In this document: positions 56,973 to 64,000 of the stretch, piece after piece
How the letters are laid out: every line of letters begins with the position of its first letter
Position numbering within the stretch: the first letter of the stretch is position 1
NCBI GenBank assembly: GCA_018396865.1
Contig: JAGTRB010000010.1
Span: 7,967-71,966 of the forward strand
Length of the DNA: 64,000 bases
Direction of reading: 5' to 3'
DNA from: Candidatus Bathyarchaeota archaeon
Lineage (GTDB): Archaea > Thermoproteota > Bathyarchaeia > TCS64
The notes under the pieces: model-generated
Told to the model about the DNA's origin: nothing
The model's input: only the letters and a program-made list of their open reading frames with translations
The model's database searches: none
Position numbers and translations under genes: made by a program

Positions 56973-57193
56973 CTCGTTAGCTAGGATGGCCCCGTCGGAG
57001 GAGGCGACCCCAACCCCCAGGTTGTCTGCCGTGGACTCTATGCCGAGGCAGATGATCCGAGCTATGTCTCCGCACCTGGGATCAGTCTTGGTGGCCTGTA
57101 AAAAAGGTTTATCGGGGTGCTGAGCATGGGGCGGTTCCCGCGGACCGGAAGTATTTTAACCCAGTTGGTTTATCTCATGCTCGCCTCGAGGGA

Positions 57194-58141
57194 TTGAGGA
57201 TGGGTAATAGGGTTGTCATAGCGCTCGGGGGGAACGCGATAAAGCAGCCCGATGAGAGGGGGACCGCCGAGGAGCAGATTAGGAATGTGAGGGCCGCCTG
57301 CCGCCAGATAGCTGGGATAATCCGCAGGGGGTATGAGGTGGTCCTCACCCACGGGAACGGCCCCCAGGTGGGGAACCTTGCTATCCAGCAGGAGCAGGCT
57401 AGGGATCTGGTGCCCCCCCAGCCCCTCGTGGTTCTGGGGGCTATGACCCAGGGGCAGATTGGGTACCTCTTCCAGCAGGCCCTGAGAAATGAGCTGGCTG
57501 ATGTGAAGAGGCCAGTGGTAACAGTCGTGACACAGGTGCTGGTCGACAAGGATGACCCCGACTTCAGGGATCCCCATAAGCCCGTGGGCCCCTTCTACGA
57601 CGAGGAGGAGGCCAAGGCGTTAATGGGGGAGAGGGGGTGGGTTATGAGGAGGGTCAGGCCTGATGTCAAGGGGTGGAGGAGGGTTGTCCCATCCCCGAGG
57701 CCCCTCGCCATAATAGAGGGGGAGGCTGTTAGAAGGATGGTCGACGACGGGATGATAGTAATAGCATCTGGGGGAGGGGGGATACCCGTGATAGAGAGGG
57801 ATGGAAGGCTTGAGGGCATAGACGCGGTCATAGATAAGGACCTGGCCGGGGAGATCCTGGCGGAGGAGGTGGGGGCTGATATATTCCTGATCCTCACAGA
57901 CGTGGACTGCGTGAAGCTGGACTATGGGAAGCCCTCCGAGAGGCCTATAAGGCGGATGACCTTAGAGGAGGCGAGGAGGTACCTCTCAGAGGGGCATTTC
58001 CCGCCGGGCAGCATGGGGCCCAAGGTTGAGGCATGCATCAGGTTCCTGGAGCATGGTGGGGAGAGGGCGATAATAGCATCCCTACATGATGGGCTGGAGG
58101 CCTTGGAGGGGAGGGCCGGCACCCAGATAACCAGGGAGTAG
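57194..58141 (+). CDS. arcC: carbamate kinase
   Basis: Amino-acid kinase fold with VIALGGNA and THGNGPQVG motifs; 315 aa. Confidence 0.85.
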   Translation: MRMGNRVVIALGGNAIKQPDERGTAEEQIRNVRAACRQIAGIIRRGYEVVLTHGNGPQVGNLAIQQEQARDLVPPQPLVVLGAMTQGQIGYLFQQALRNELADVKRPVVTVVTQVLVDKDDPDFRDPHKPVGPFYDEEEAKALMGERGWVMRRVRPDVKGWRRVVPSPRPLAIIEGEAVRRMVDDGMIVIASGGGGIPVIERDGRLEGIDAVIDKDLAGEILAEEVGADIFLILTDVDCVKLDYGKPSERPIRRMTLEEARRYLSEGHFPPGSMGPKVEACIRFLEHGGERAIIASLHDGLEALEGRAGTQITRE

Positions 58142-58230
58142 GAGGGGCGTCCAACACACACCCTGAGAGAAGGATAGTCGGAAGTTTTGGATACCGAACT
58201 CTATCACGGGGAGTTCTGGGCCTCTCCACT

Positions 58231-58773
58231 TCAATCCTGGGGCTTCAATAGGACGCAGAACAGCCTCTCGAAGAATAGGGGTAACTCCTCTAGGACCTCT
58301 GCCCTATAACCCCTGAATGCATCCTCATCCAGTCCTGTCAGGTTGGAATATATGAGGAGGATTGCCCCGTCGGGCCTCAGGTGTTCATGGGCCTCCATTA
58401 GGAGCCTCTCTATGGTCTCCCCTCCCCTCTCTCCCCCCGACCAGGATAGCTCGTTGATCCCCTCCTCTCCCGGGAGGTATGGGGGGTTGAAGATGATCCA
58501 GTCCACTCCTCCCCTGAGCCAGTCGATGAGGTCCCCGATGATGAGGTTTATCCTCATGGTGAGGCCGGCCTCTTTTGCCCTCTCAAGGGCCTTCTCCACC
58601 GCCTTTGGGTTTAGATCGACCGCTATGACGAGTTCAACCCCTGGCTTTGAGGCTGCGGCTATGGCCTGGATCCCGCTTCCTGTCCCGACATCGAGAACCC
58701 TGCCTTGAACTAGCCTCTCTACATACCTCAGCAGCAGATACGAGTCCTCCCCGGGTTCGTAGACACCCTCCAA
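58231..58773 (-). CDS. N5-glutamine methyltransferase Mtq2/HemK-like
   Basis: VGTGSG SAM motif and the NPPY catalytic motif (IFNPPYLP). Confidence 0.75.
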   Translation of the reverse strand: MEGVYEPGEDSYLLLRYVERLVQGRVLDVGTGSGIQAIAAASKPGVELVIAVDLNPKAVEKALERAKEAGLTMRINLIIGDLIDWLRGGVDWIIFNPPYLPGEEGINELSWSGGERGGETIERLLMEAHEHLRPDGAILLIYSNLTGLDEDAFRGYRAEVLEELPLFFERLFCVLLKPQD

Positions 58774-58826
58774 GCTTCAGGCCCCTTGACCGATTATCTC
58801 CCATATGATCTTTTATAACGAAGTCA

Positions 58827-59294
58827 TTAGAGGCCTGACTCCAAGTTAAAATCTAGTAGCTCTCCTCCCTCCTCATCGAAGTAGAAGTATCCTTTGAAGC
58901 GCTCCCCTCTCAACAGGAGTGGGAGCCAGTGTCTATCATCCTGCCACATCTCCTGGTAGGGGATCCCCTCCACCGGGAACCATCTCAAAGCCCCCTCCAC
59001 GCTTGGCTTGGGAGAGCCCTCGAAGGTCTCGGTCGAGAAGACGAAGACGATCCAATCGGCTTCATGCCTTTCGCCGAAGTAGAAGTGTAGAACGCCGTTT
59101 AACCTGAGATTCGATACCCTAAGGCCCGTCTCCTCATATACCTCCCTCTTCACACATTCCTCAGGGGTTTCGCCGGCTTCCAGTTTGCCCCCAACCCCGT
59201 TCCACTTACCCCCTCCGAACAGGCCCTTCGACTTTCTCTGGAGGAGGAGTTTATCGTCCTTCACGATGTGGCACAATGTGGCAAGTGTGGGCAT
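58827..59294 (-). CDS. NUDIX hydrolase
   Basis: Nudix box GGKLEAGETPEECVKREVYEETGL. Confidence 0.85.
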   Translation of the reverse strand: MPTLATLCHIVKDDKLLLQRKSKGLFGGGKWNGVGGKLEAGETPEECVKREVYEETGLRVSNLRLNGVLHFYFGERHEADWIVFVFSTETFEGSPKPSVEGALRWFPVEGIPYQEMWQDDRHWLPLLLRGERFKGYFYFDEEGGELLDFNLESGL

Positions 59295-59505
59295 TCGAAC
59301 CCCAGATTTAATAGTGGATCTGAATGAAAAAATAGATTACTGAAGTTCACTGAGGTGGAGATTTTCTAGGAGTTGATTGGGAGACCCGCCCTCATCCCCG
59401 TTCTACTGGCCCTCCTGGCTTTAGAGTTGGTCTTAGCTATAATCGTCTGAACCCCGTTGAACCCCTCGGCTCTTTTAGAGACCCTTCTTGTAGAGGCCTC
59501 TCAGC

Positions 59506-60546
59506 ATGCCTCTGGGCGGAGATAAATCTCAACGGGCTGTATGCATCCTTCGAGCTAGGTCCTTCGAAGAGATTTGGCTGTTGAGAGGGCAGGTATGCCC
59601 ATCCACTCCCTTTTTATCATTCCGGATTAGACTATTGGGTGTGAGGGTCATCATCCTCGGCTCCGGCTCGAATGGTGGGGTTCCCCAGTGGGACTGCTGC
59701 TGCCCCAACTGTGAGCAGGCCCGCTCTGATAGGGTGCTTTGTAGGACCCGTTCCTCGATAGCCTTAACACTGGATGGGGATAGGTATCTCCTCATCGACG
59801 CCTCACCTGATCTTAGGCGGCAGCTGGAGGATTCGGGCATCTATCCAAGCGCGGCCTCAGCCGGCAGGTATGGTAGGAGGAGCCTCGTGGACTCTATACT
59901 TTTAACCCATGGCCACGGGGACCACTGCGTCGGCCTCTTCGAGTTCTCCACCGGGAAGTGCTTCAACATACCCGTCTACGGCCCCCGGGACCTGATCGGG
60001 TATCTCTTCGGGGGTGATGCGGGGGCCGGGTTCTTCGGAAGCCTCGGCAGGCTTGGAGTGGACTATCTAAACCCCGTTCCCCTAGGGGAGGATGAACCCC
60101 TGGAGCTCCTGGGAGGGCTCATTGTGAGGGGTTTCGAGGTCCCCCACACGGAGAGGCTCGGCGACGGCTCTTATAACCCTACAAGAACCTATGCTTATGA
60201 GGTGGAGTTTGGGGGGAGGAGGCTGATCTACGCCCCCGACCTAGGGGGGATCGGTGGGGAGCTCCTCTCCCGCCTTGAGGGGTTGGATGTCTTTATACTG
60301 GACGGGACCTTCTGGTGGGACGACGAGCTGGGGAGGGTTAGCGGGATCTCCAAGACCTCCTACGAGCTTGGACATATCCCCATCAGCGACAGTGTGGAGC
60401 TGCTTAGTGGGCTTGGCCTGGGGAGGGTTATCTATACCCACATAAATCACACCAATCCCCTCCTCAGCCGGGGTGGATCCTATGCCTCGATCCTTAGGGG
60501 TCGGGGTTTCGAGGTAGCCTATGATGGTATGGTTATCGAAATTTAG
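59506..60546 (+). CDS. metallo-beta-lactamase-fold protein (PqqB-like)
   Basis: ILGSGSNGGVPQ and HGHGDH motifs. The true start is probably near 59638 (the ORF-track N-terminus looks like non-coding read-through). Confidence 0.7.
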   Translation: MPLGGDKSQRAVCILRARSFEEIWLLRGQVCPSTPFLSFRIRLLGVRVIILGSGSNGGVPQWDCCCPNCEQARSDRVLCRTRSSIALTLDGDRYLLIDASPDLRRQLEDSGIYPSAASAGRYGRRSLVDSILLTHGHGDHCVGLFEFSTGKCFNIPVYGPRDLIGYLFGGDAGAGFFGSLGRLGVDYLNPVPLGEDEPLELLGGLIVRGFEVPHTERLGDGSYNPTRTYAYEVEFGGRRLIYAPDLGGIGGELLSRLEGLDVFILDGTFWWDDELGRVSGISKTSYELGHIPISDSVELLSGLGLGRVIYTHINHTNPLLSRGGSYASILRGRGFEVAYDGMVIEI

Positions 60547-60555
60547 GTCTGGGGA

Positions 60556-62004
60556 TTAGAAGGTCCTGGCGACGATGGCCACATGCCTGGCATCACCGCC
60601 GCATATTATGCATGGGCCCTTAGCCTCCTCAGCCCCATCCCAGGGGGTTCCTCTCACCTCTCCCGCCACCTCATCCTTTATTCGGAAGGCGCAGTCTGGG
60701 TCCCCGCACCAGTTCACCTTGACTATCTTCCTCTCCTCTATCTGGGCCTTCAGCTCATCGATGTTCTCCGCCCAGACCACCTCCCTCTCCAGGCGTCTCC
60801 AGCTCCTCTCCCTCAGGTTTTGATAGATCCTCTCGAGGAGATCCTCAACCCTTTCCTTTAATTCCTCAAGCTTTGCCTTGCTCCTCTCGAAGGTGTCCCT
60901 CCTTACCAGGGTGACTGTCCTTTCATGGAACTCTGAGGGGCCCACCTCGGCTCTTAGGGGGACCCCGTACATCTCCCACTTGTAGTACTTCTCACCAGGC
61001 CTCAGGCGGTCGTCATCGTCTACAGCAACCCTTATGCCCTCCCTCTTTAGGGTGGCCTCAACCTCCCTAGAATACTTCTTGACGCTCTCCTCGAATCCCT
61101 TGAAGGGTATGGGTACTATGATGACTTGGACTGGGGCCACGGCTGGTGGTAGGATCAATCCATGGTCATCTCCGTGGTGGGCTATGACGGCGGCGATCAC
61201 CCTCCCTATCCCCATCCCGTAGCAGGTTGTTGAGGCGAGGCGGCGTTCCCCATTCTCGTCCTCGTAATCTAGCTCGAAGGCTTTCGCGAAGTTCTCACCG
61301 AGCTCGTGGACTGTTCCGATCTGGTTCACCTTCCCGTCTGGGTTCCAGGTGTCGAAGGCCACGCTGTAGTCGGCCCCTGCGAACTTGTCGAAGTCGGGTC
61401 TTCGGAGGATTAGGTAGCTGAGGCCTAGGCGGTCGTAGACATACCTGTATATCTCGACCCCCTTCCTCACCTGTCTCTCAGCGTCCTCGTAGTCCTTGTG
61501 GGCTGTGTGGGCCTCGTTCCATAGGAACTCCCTCCCCCTGTATAGTGGCCTGGTTGCTTTGGTCTCGTAGCGGTATACGTTGCAGGTCTGGTGGACCCTC
61601 AGGGGGAGGTCGGCGTGGCTCCTTATCCAGAGCTTGAATAGGGGGTAGATAGCCGTCTCCGACGTCGGCCTGAGGAGGAGCCTCCTATCAAGCTTTGTAT
61701 CCCCGGCGTGGGTTATCCAGAAGACGCTGGCGGCGAAGCCCTCTATGTGCTCTGCCTCCCTCATGAAGGCGTCCTCGGGTATGACCACTGGGAACTGGAC
61801 CGGCTGGTGGCCCTCCTCCTCAAGCCTCTCCTCCAATATCCGGGCTATGGCCCTCGCTATCCTGTAGCCCCAGCCCATGTAGACCGTGAAGCCCTTCACC
61901 GGGTATCGGTCGTCCACTATCTGGGCCTCCAGGATGACCCTCTCAAACCAGCCTGTGAAGTCCTCATCCTTCTGCATCATCAAGCCCCTGAGACTAAACT
62001 TCAC
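60556..62004 (-). CDS. proS: prolyl-tRNA synthetase, archaeal/eukaryotic type
   Basis: Class II motifs and a C-terminal zinc-binding domain (CIICGG); 482 aa. Confidence 0.9.
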   Translation of the reverse strand: MKFSLRGLMMQKDEDFTGWFERVILEAQIVDDRYPVKGFTVYMGWGYRIARAIARILEERLEEEGHQPVQFPVVIPEDAFMREAEHIEGFAASVFWITHAGDTKLDRRLLLRPTSETAIYPLFKLWIRSHADLPLRVHQTCNVYRYETKATRPLYRGREFLWNEAHTAHKDYEDAERQVRKGVEIYRYVYDRLGLSYLILRRPDFDKFAGADYSVAFDTWNPDGKVNQIGTVHELGENFAKAFELDYEDENGERRLASTTCYGMGIGRVIAAVIAHHGDDHGLILPPAVAPVQVIIVPIPFKGFEESVKKYSREVEATLKREGIRVAVDDDDRLRPGEKYYKWEMYGVPLRAEVGPSEFHERTVTLVRRDTFERSKAKLEELKERVEDLLERIYQNLRERSWRRLEREVVWAENIDELKAQIEERKIVKVNWCGDPDCAFRIKDEVAGEVRGTPWDGAEEAKGPCIICGGDARHVAIVARTF

Positions 62005-62496
62005 GATCCATAACCACTTTATAAATGGACCGCCTTGGAGTCATGCTTAATCAGTCCCCTAGATGGAGGCTCATCTTTAGGCTGATGATGGTCTACCTGT
62101 GATGGCTGGGTTCACTCAACCTGTTCGTCTGGATATGTATCCTCTTTATCCTCATGTTTTAGTCGTTGAGCATTTCGCCCTTGCTGACTGGAGGATATAG
62201 TAGGACGGGATCAGACTGACTTTTTTATTTATTATTTATCATATTGATTAAAATTGTTGCCACTTATGGTTTTGAGATGTTTTTCTACAATTTTTAATAA
62301 ATTTGTTATCCATAACTGTCACGGGTTTGTTCTTCAATTCCGCTTGAATATATGGCGCATCGTAGAGGCTGAGAAGATAATTAGATGTCTTAGAAGTTAG
62401 AGATATTCTGAATTATTGTTAATGGAGGTGTTAGTGGTGATAGTGGTACCTCCCCGATAACCCTTATAGAGCCCTGAACTCACCCTTTATTGAAGG

Positions 62497-62922
62497 TTGT
62501 TCGACGCGAAGGAGTTCGAGAGGTGGTTCCTCCAGGCTAGGGATACCTTAGAGAGCGCGTATGAGGATCTGAATAATAAGAAGTATAATTGGGCTTGTTT
62601 CAAGGCTCAACAGGCCGCAGAATACGCTGTTAAGGGGCTCATTTATGGACTGGGCTCGATTCCTATAGGCCACTCCGTGCTGAGGCTTTTGGGAAGACTC
62701 AGGAGGAGGGGAGTAGACGTTGAGGGGGTTATGGGATATGCTAGGGTCCTGGATAGACATTATATTCCAACCAGGTATCCAAATGCCCATCCCGAGGGGC
62801 CGCCATATGAGTATTATGATGAGAGGACAGCTAGGGAGGCCTTGGAGGCCGCCGAGAAGATCTTAGGGGCAATTGAGATGGAGGGGGAGAGGAGGAGGGG
62901 TGAGGCCTCGGATACCCTATAG
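62497..62922 (+). CDS. HEPN domain protein (toxin of HEPN/MNT pair)
   Basis: HEPN fold with an R-x4-6-H-like motif (RYPNAHPEG); overlaps the downstream MNT gene. Confidence 0.6.
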   Translation: MFDAKEFERWFLQARDTLESAYEDLNNKKYNWACFKAQQAAEYAVKGLIYGLGSIPIGHSVLRLLGRLRRRGVDVEGVMGYARVLDRHYIPTRYPNAHPEGPPYEYYDERTAREALEAAEKILGAIEMEGERRRGEASDTL

Positions 62923-63322
62923 GAGGGCTCTCATTAGATATGCGGCTAGGGTTAGGAGGAGGATAGGGGCCAGGGCTATCATCCTCTACGGTTCAACGGC
63001 CAGGGGAACCTTCGGCGCAGGAAGTGATATAGACCTCCTGGTGATAGCGGAGGGGTTGCCTGAGAACTTCCTTGAGAGGATTAGGCTTCTAGATGATCTG
63101 AGAGATTCGACGGCCCCTATTGAGGTGATCGGATATACGCCTGAGGAGTTCAGTCGAATGATCGATAAGCCCCACCCCACAGCTCTCTCAGCCATAGAGG
63201 ATGGTATAGTCCTCCACGACGATGGATTCTTCGAGGAGATGAGGAGACGATTCTCAGAGATCCGTGAGAGGATGAGGATCGTCAGGTTGGAGGATGGATG
63301 GGAGATATATAGGGAAAAATAG
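62873..63322 (+). CDS. minimal nucleotidyltransferase (MNT) domain protein
   Basis: GSxxRG...DxD motif (YGSTARGTFGAGSDIDLLV). Confidence 0.75.
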   Translation: MRWRGRGGGVRPRIPYRRALIRYAARVRRRIGARAIILYGSTARGTFGAGSDIDLLVIAEGLPENFLERIRLLDDLRDSTAPIEVIGYTPEEFSRMIDKPHPTALSAIEDGIVLHDDGFFEEMRRRFSEIRERMRIVRLEDGWEIYREK

Positions 63323-63485
63323 CTTAGAGCTGATAAATTGCGCCATATTAAACGGCGTTATCAGTTTTTCTGCTCTTATGATGAGAAAAACCATTTATCG
63401 AACCCGTAAAGGCACAGATATTTATTCGACTTAAACCTTAAAGATTCATAATTAAAAAATTTATATTTATAAATTTGAATAAGCT

Positions 63486-63878
63486 TTAGATTGATCTGCT
63501 GTTCTTTACCATGATTTTATTCTTTATTTTTTCGCTGAGTCTTTCATCATCTGTTACGAGGATGAAGTTTTTCTTAACTGCTATGGTGAGGTATGATGCG
63601 TCGTATATGGTGATCCCGTGTTCAACGGCTTGTTGCAGGATATCCAGCTCCAATCCTTCTATTCCATGTTTTTCAATCACATTGAAGACCTCTGAGACGA
63701 GTTTGGAGAACTCGTAGGCCGTGTTCCAATCCATCCTTTCAAGTAGCACGTGCTCCTTCCAGATGGCGTTGAGAGCTTCATAGAGGACTAGATCCAGCGT
63801 TGCCACGTCCCTCAGCTTGTCCAGCTCAGCCCTCTTGACGATGTTGAGGAGGGCGCTGGCATCTAGTAGGGGCCTCAA
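63486..63878 (-). CDS. vapC: PIN-domain toxin VapC
   Basis: PIN acidic residues (LLDASAL...; TDDERL). TTG start overlapping the upstream stop by 4 nt. Confidence 0.75.
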   Translation of the reverse strand: MRPLLDASALLNIVKRAELDKLRDVATLDLVLYEALNAIWKEHVLLERMDWNTAYEFSKLVSEVFNVIEKHGIEGLELDILQQAVEHGITIYDASYLTIAVKKNFILVTDDERLSEKIKNKIMVKNSRSI

Positions 63879-64000
63879 CGCCCTCTATCCTCCCTTATTA
63901 TCTCAGCGATCTCCTCGTCGCTTATGTGCTCAAGCCTCCCGCTCAGCTCAACAGCCCTCTCCCTAAGCCTCTCTAGGAGAACCCTCCTGACCTCCTCCTC
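63875..64000 (-). CDS. vapB: VapB-like antitoxin (partial, runs off the window edge)
   Basis: Short helical C-terminus (…SGRLEHISDEEIAEIIREDRGR*) with a TTGA stop/start overlap with the PIN gene. Confidence 0.5.
   Translation of the reverse strand, partial: EEEVRRVLLERLRERAVELSGRLEHISDEEIAEIIREDRGR

Noticed and set aside
62075-62200. Possible C/D-box sRNA (TGATGA ... CTGA) in the spacer downstream of proS
   Set aside because: The box spacing is about 100 nt, too long for archaeal C/D sRNAs. No C'/D' boxes or terminal stem were evident.
1-64000. CRISPR arrays and rRNA genes
   Set aside because: No regularly spaced direct repeats and no rRNA-like conserved stretches were seen anywhere in the window.

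Overview
This is an archaeal chromosomal segment. The lineage call rests on TBP, RadA, Hjc, a Kae1-Bud32 fusion, Pcc1, archaeal-type ProRS, ribosomal protein S15/S13e, aSUI1, and an initiator tRNA-Met with an intron in the T-loop. That combination, with frequent TTG/GTG starts and GC-rich coding, suggests a thermophilic member of the Thermoproteota, though the lineage is tentative. About 70 genes are densely packed. They cover purine metabolism (GuaB, GuaA subunit B, a PurH encoded as two in-frame pieces, ITPase), arginine and carbamoyl-phosphate metabolism (ArgG, OTC, carbamate kinase), and DNA repair and recombination (Lhr-type helicase, Hjc, RadA, RecJ-like GAN, Ogg). They also include KEOPS (Pcc1, Kae1-Bud32) and translation (ProRS, S15, SUI1, Mtq2). 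The region stands out in several ways:
- An AT-rich island of about 6 kb (~29.2-35.2 kb) encodes an active/degenerate Amidohydro_2 pair, four co-operonic membrane proteins arranged as two duplicated modules, and a convergent M19 dipeptidase. This is the best candidate for an undescribed system.
- A tight minus-strand operon encodes a PLP enzyme, a PP-loop enzyme and an ATP-grasp+GNAT fusion, and looks like a small-molecule or peptide biosynthesis cluster.
- PurH is interrupted by one in-frame TGA.
- The conserved N-terminus of Kae1 has no canonical start codon.
- A DUF3782-like coiled-coil gene carries a 42-nt tandem repeat.
- A GIY-YIG-like (DUF123) gene sits next to a PD-(D/E)xK-like gene.
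- HEPN-MNT and VapBC toxin-antitoxin pairs lie at the right end.
No rRNA genes or CRISPR arrays were found.
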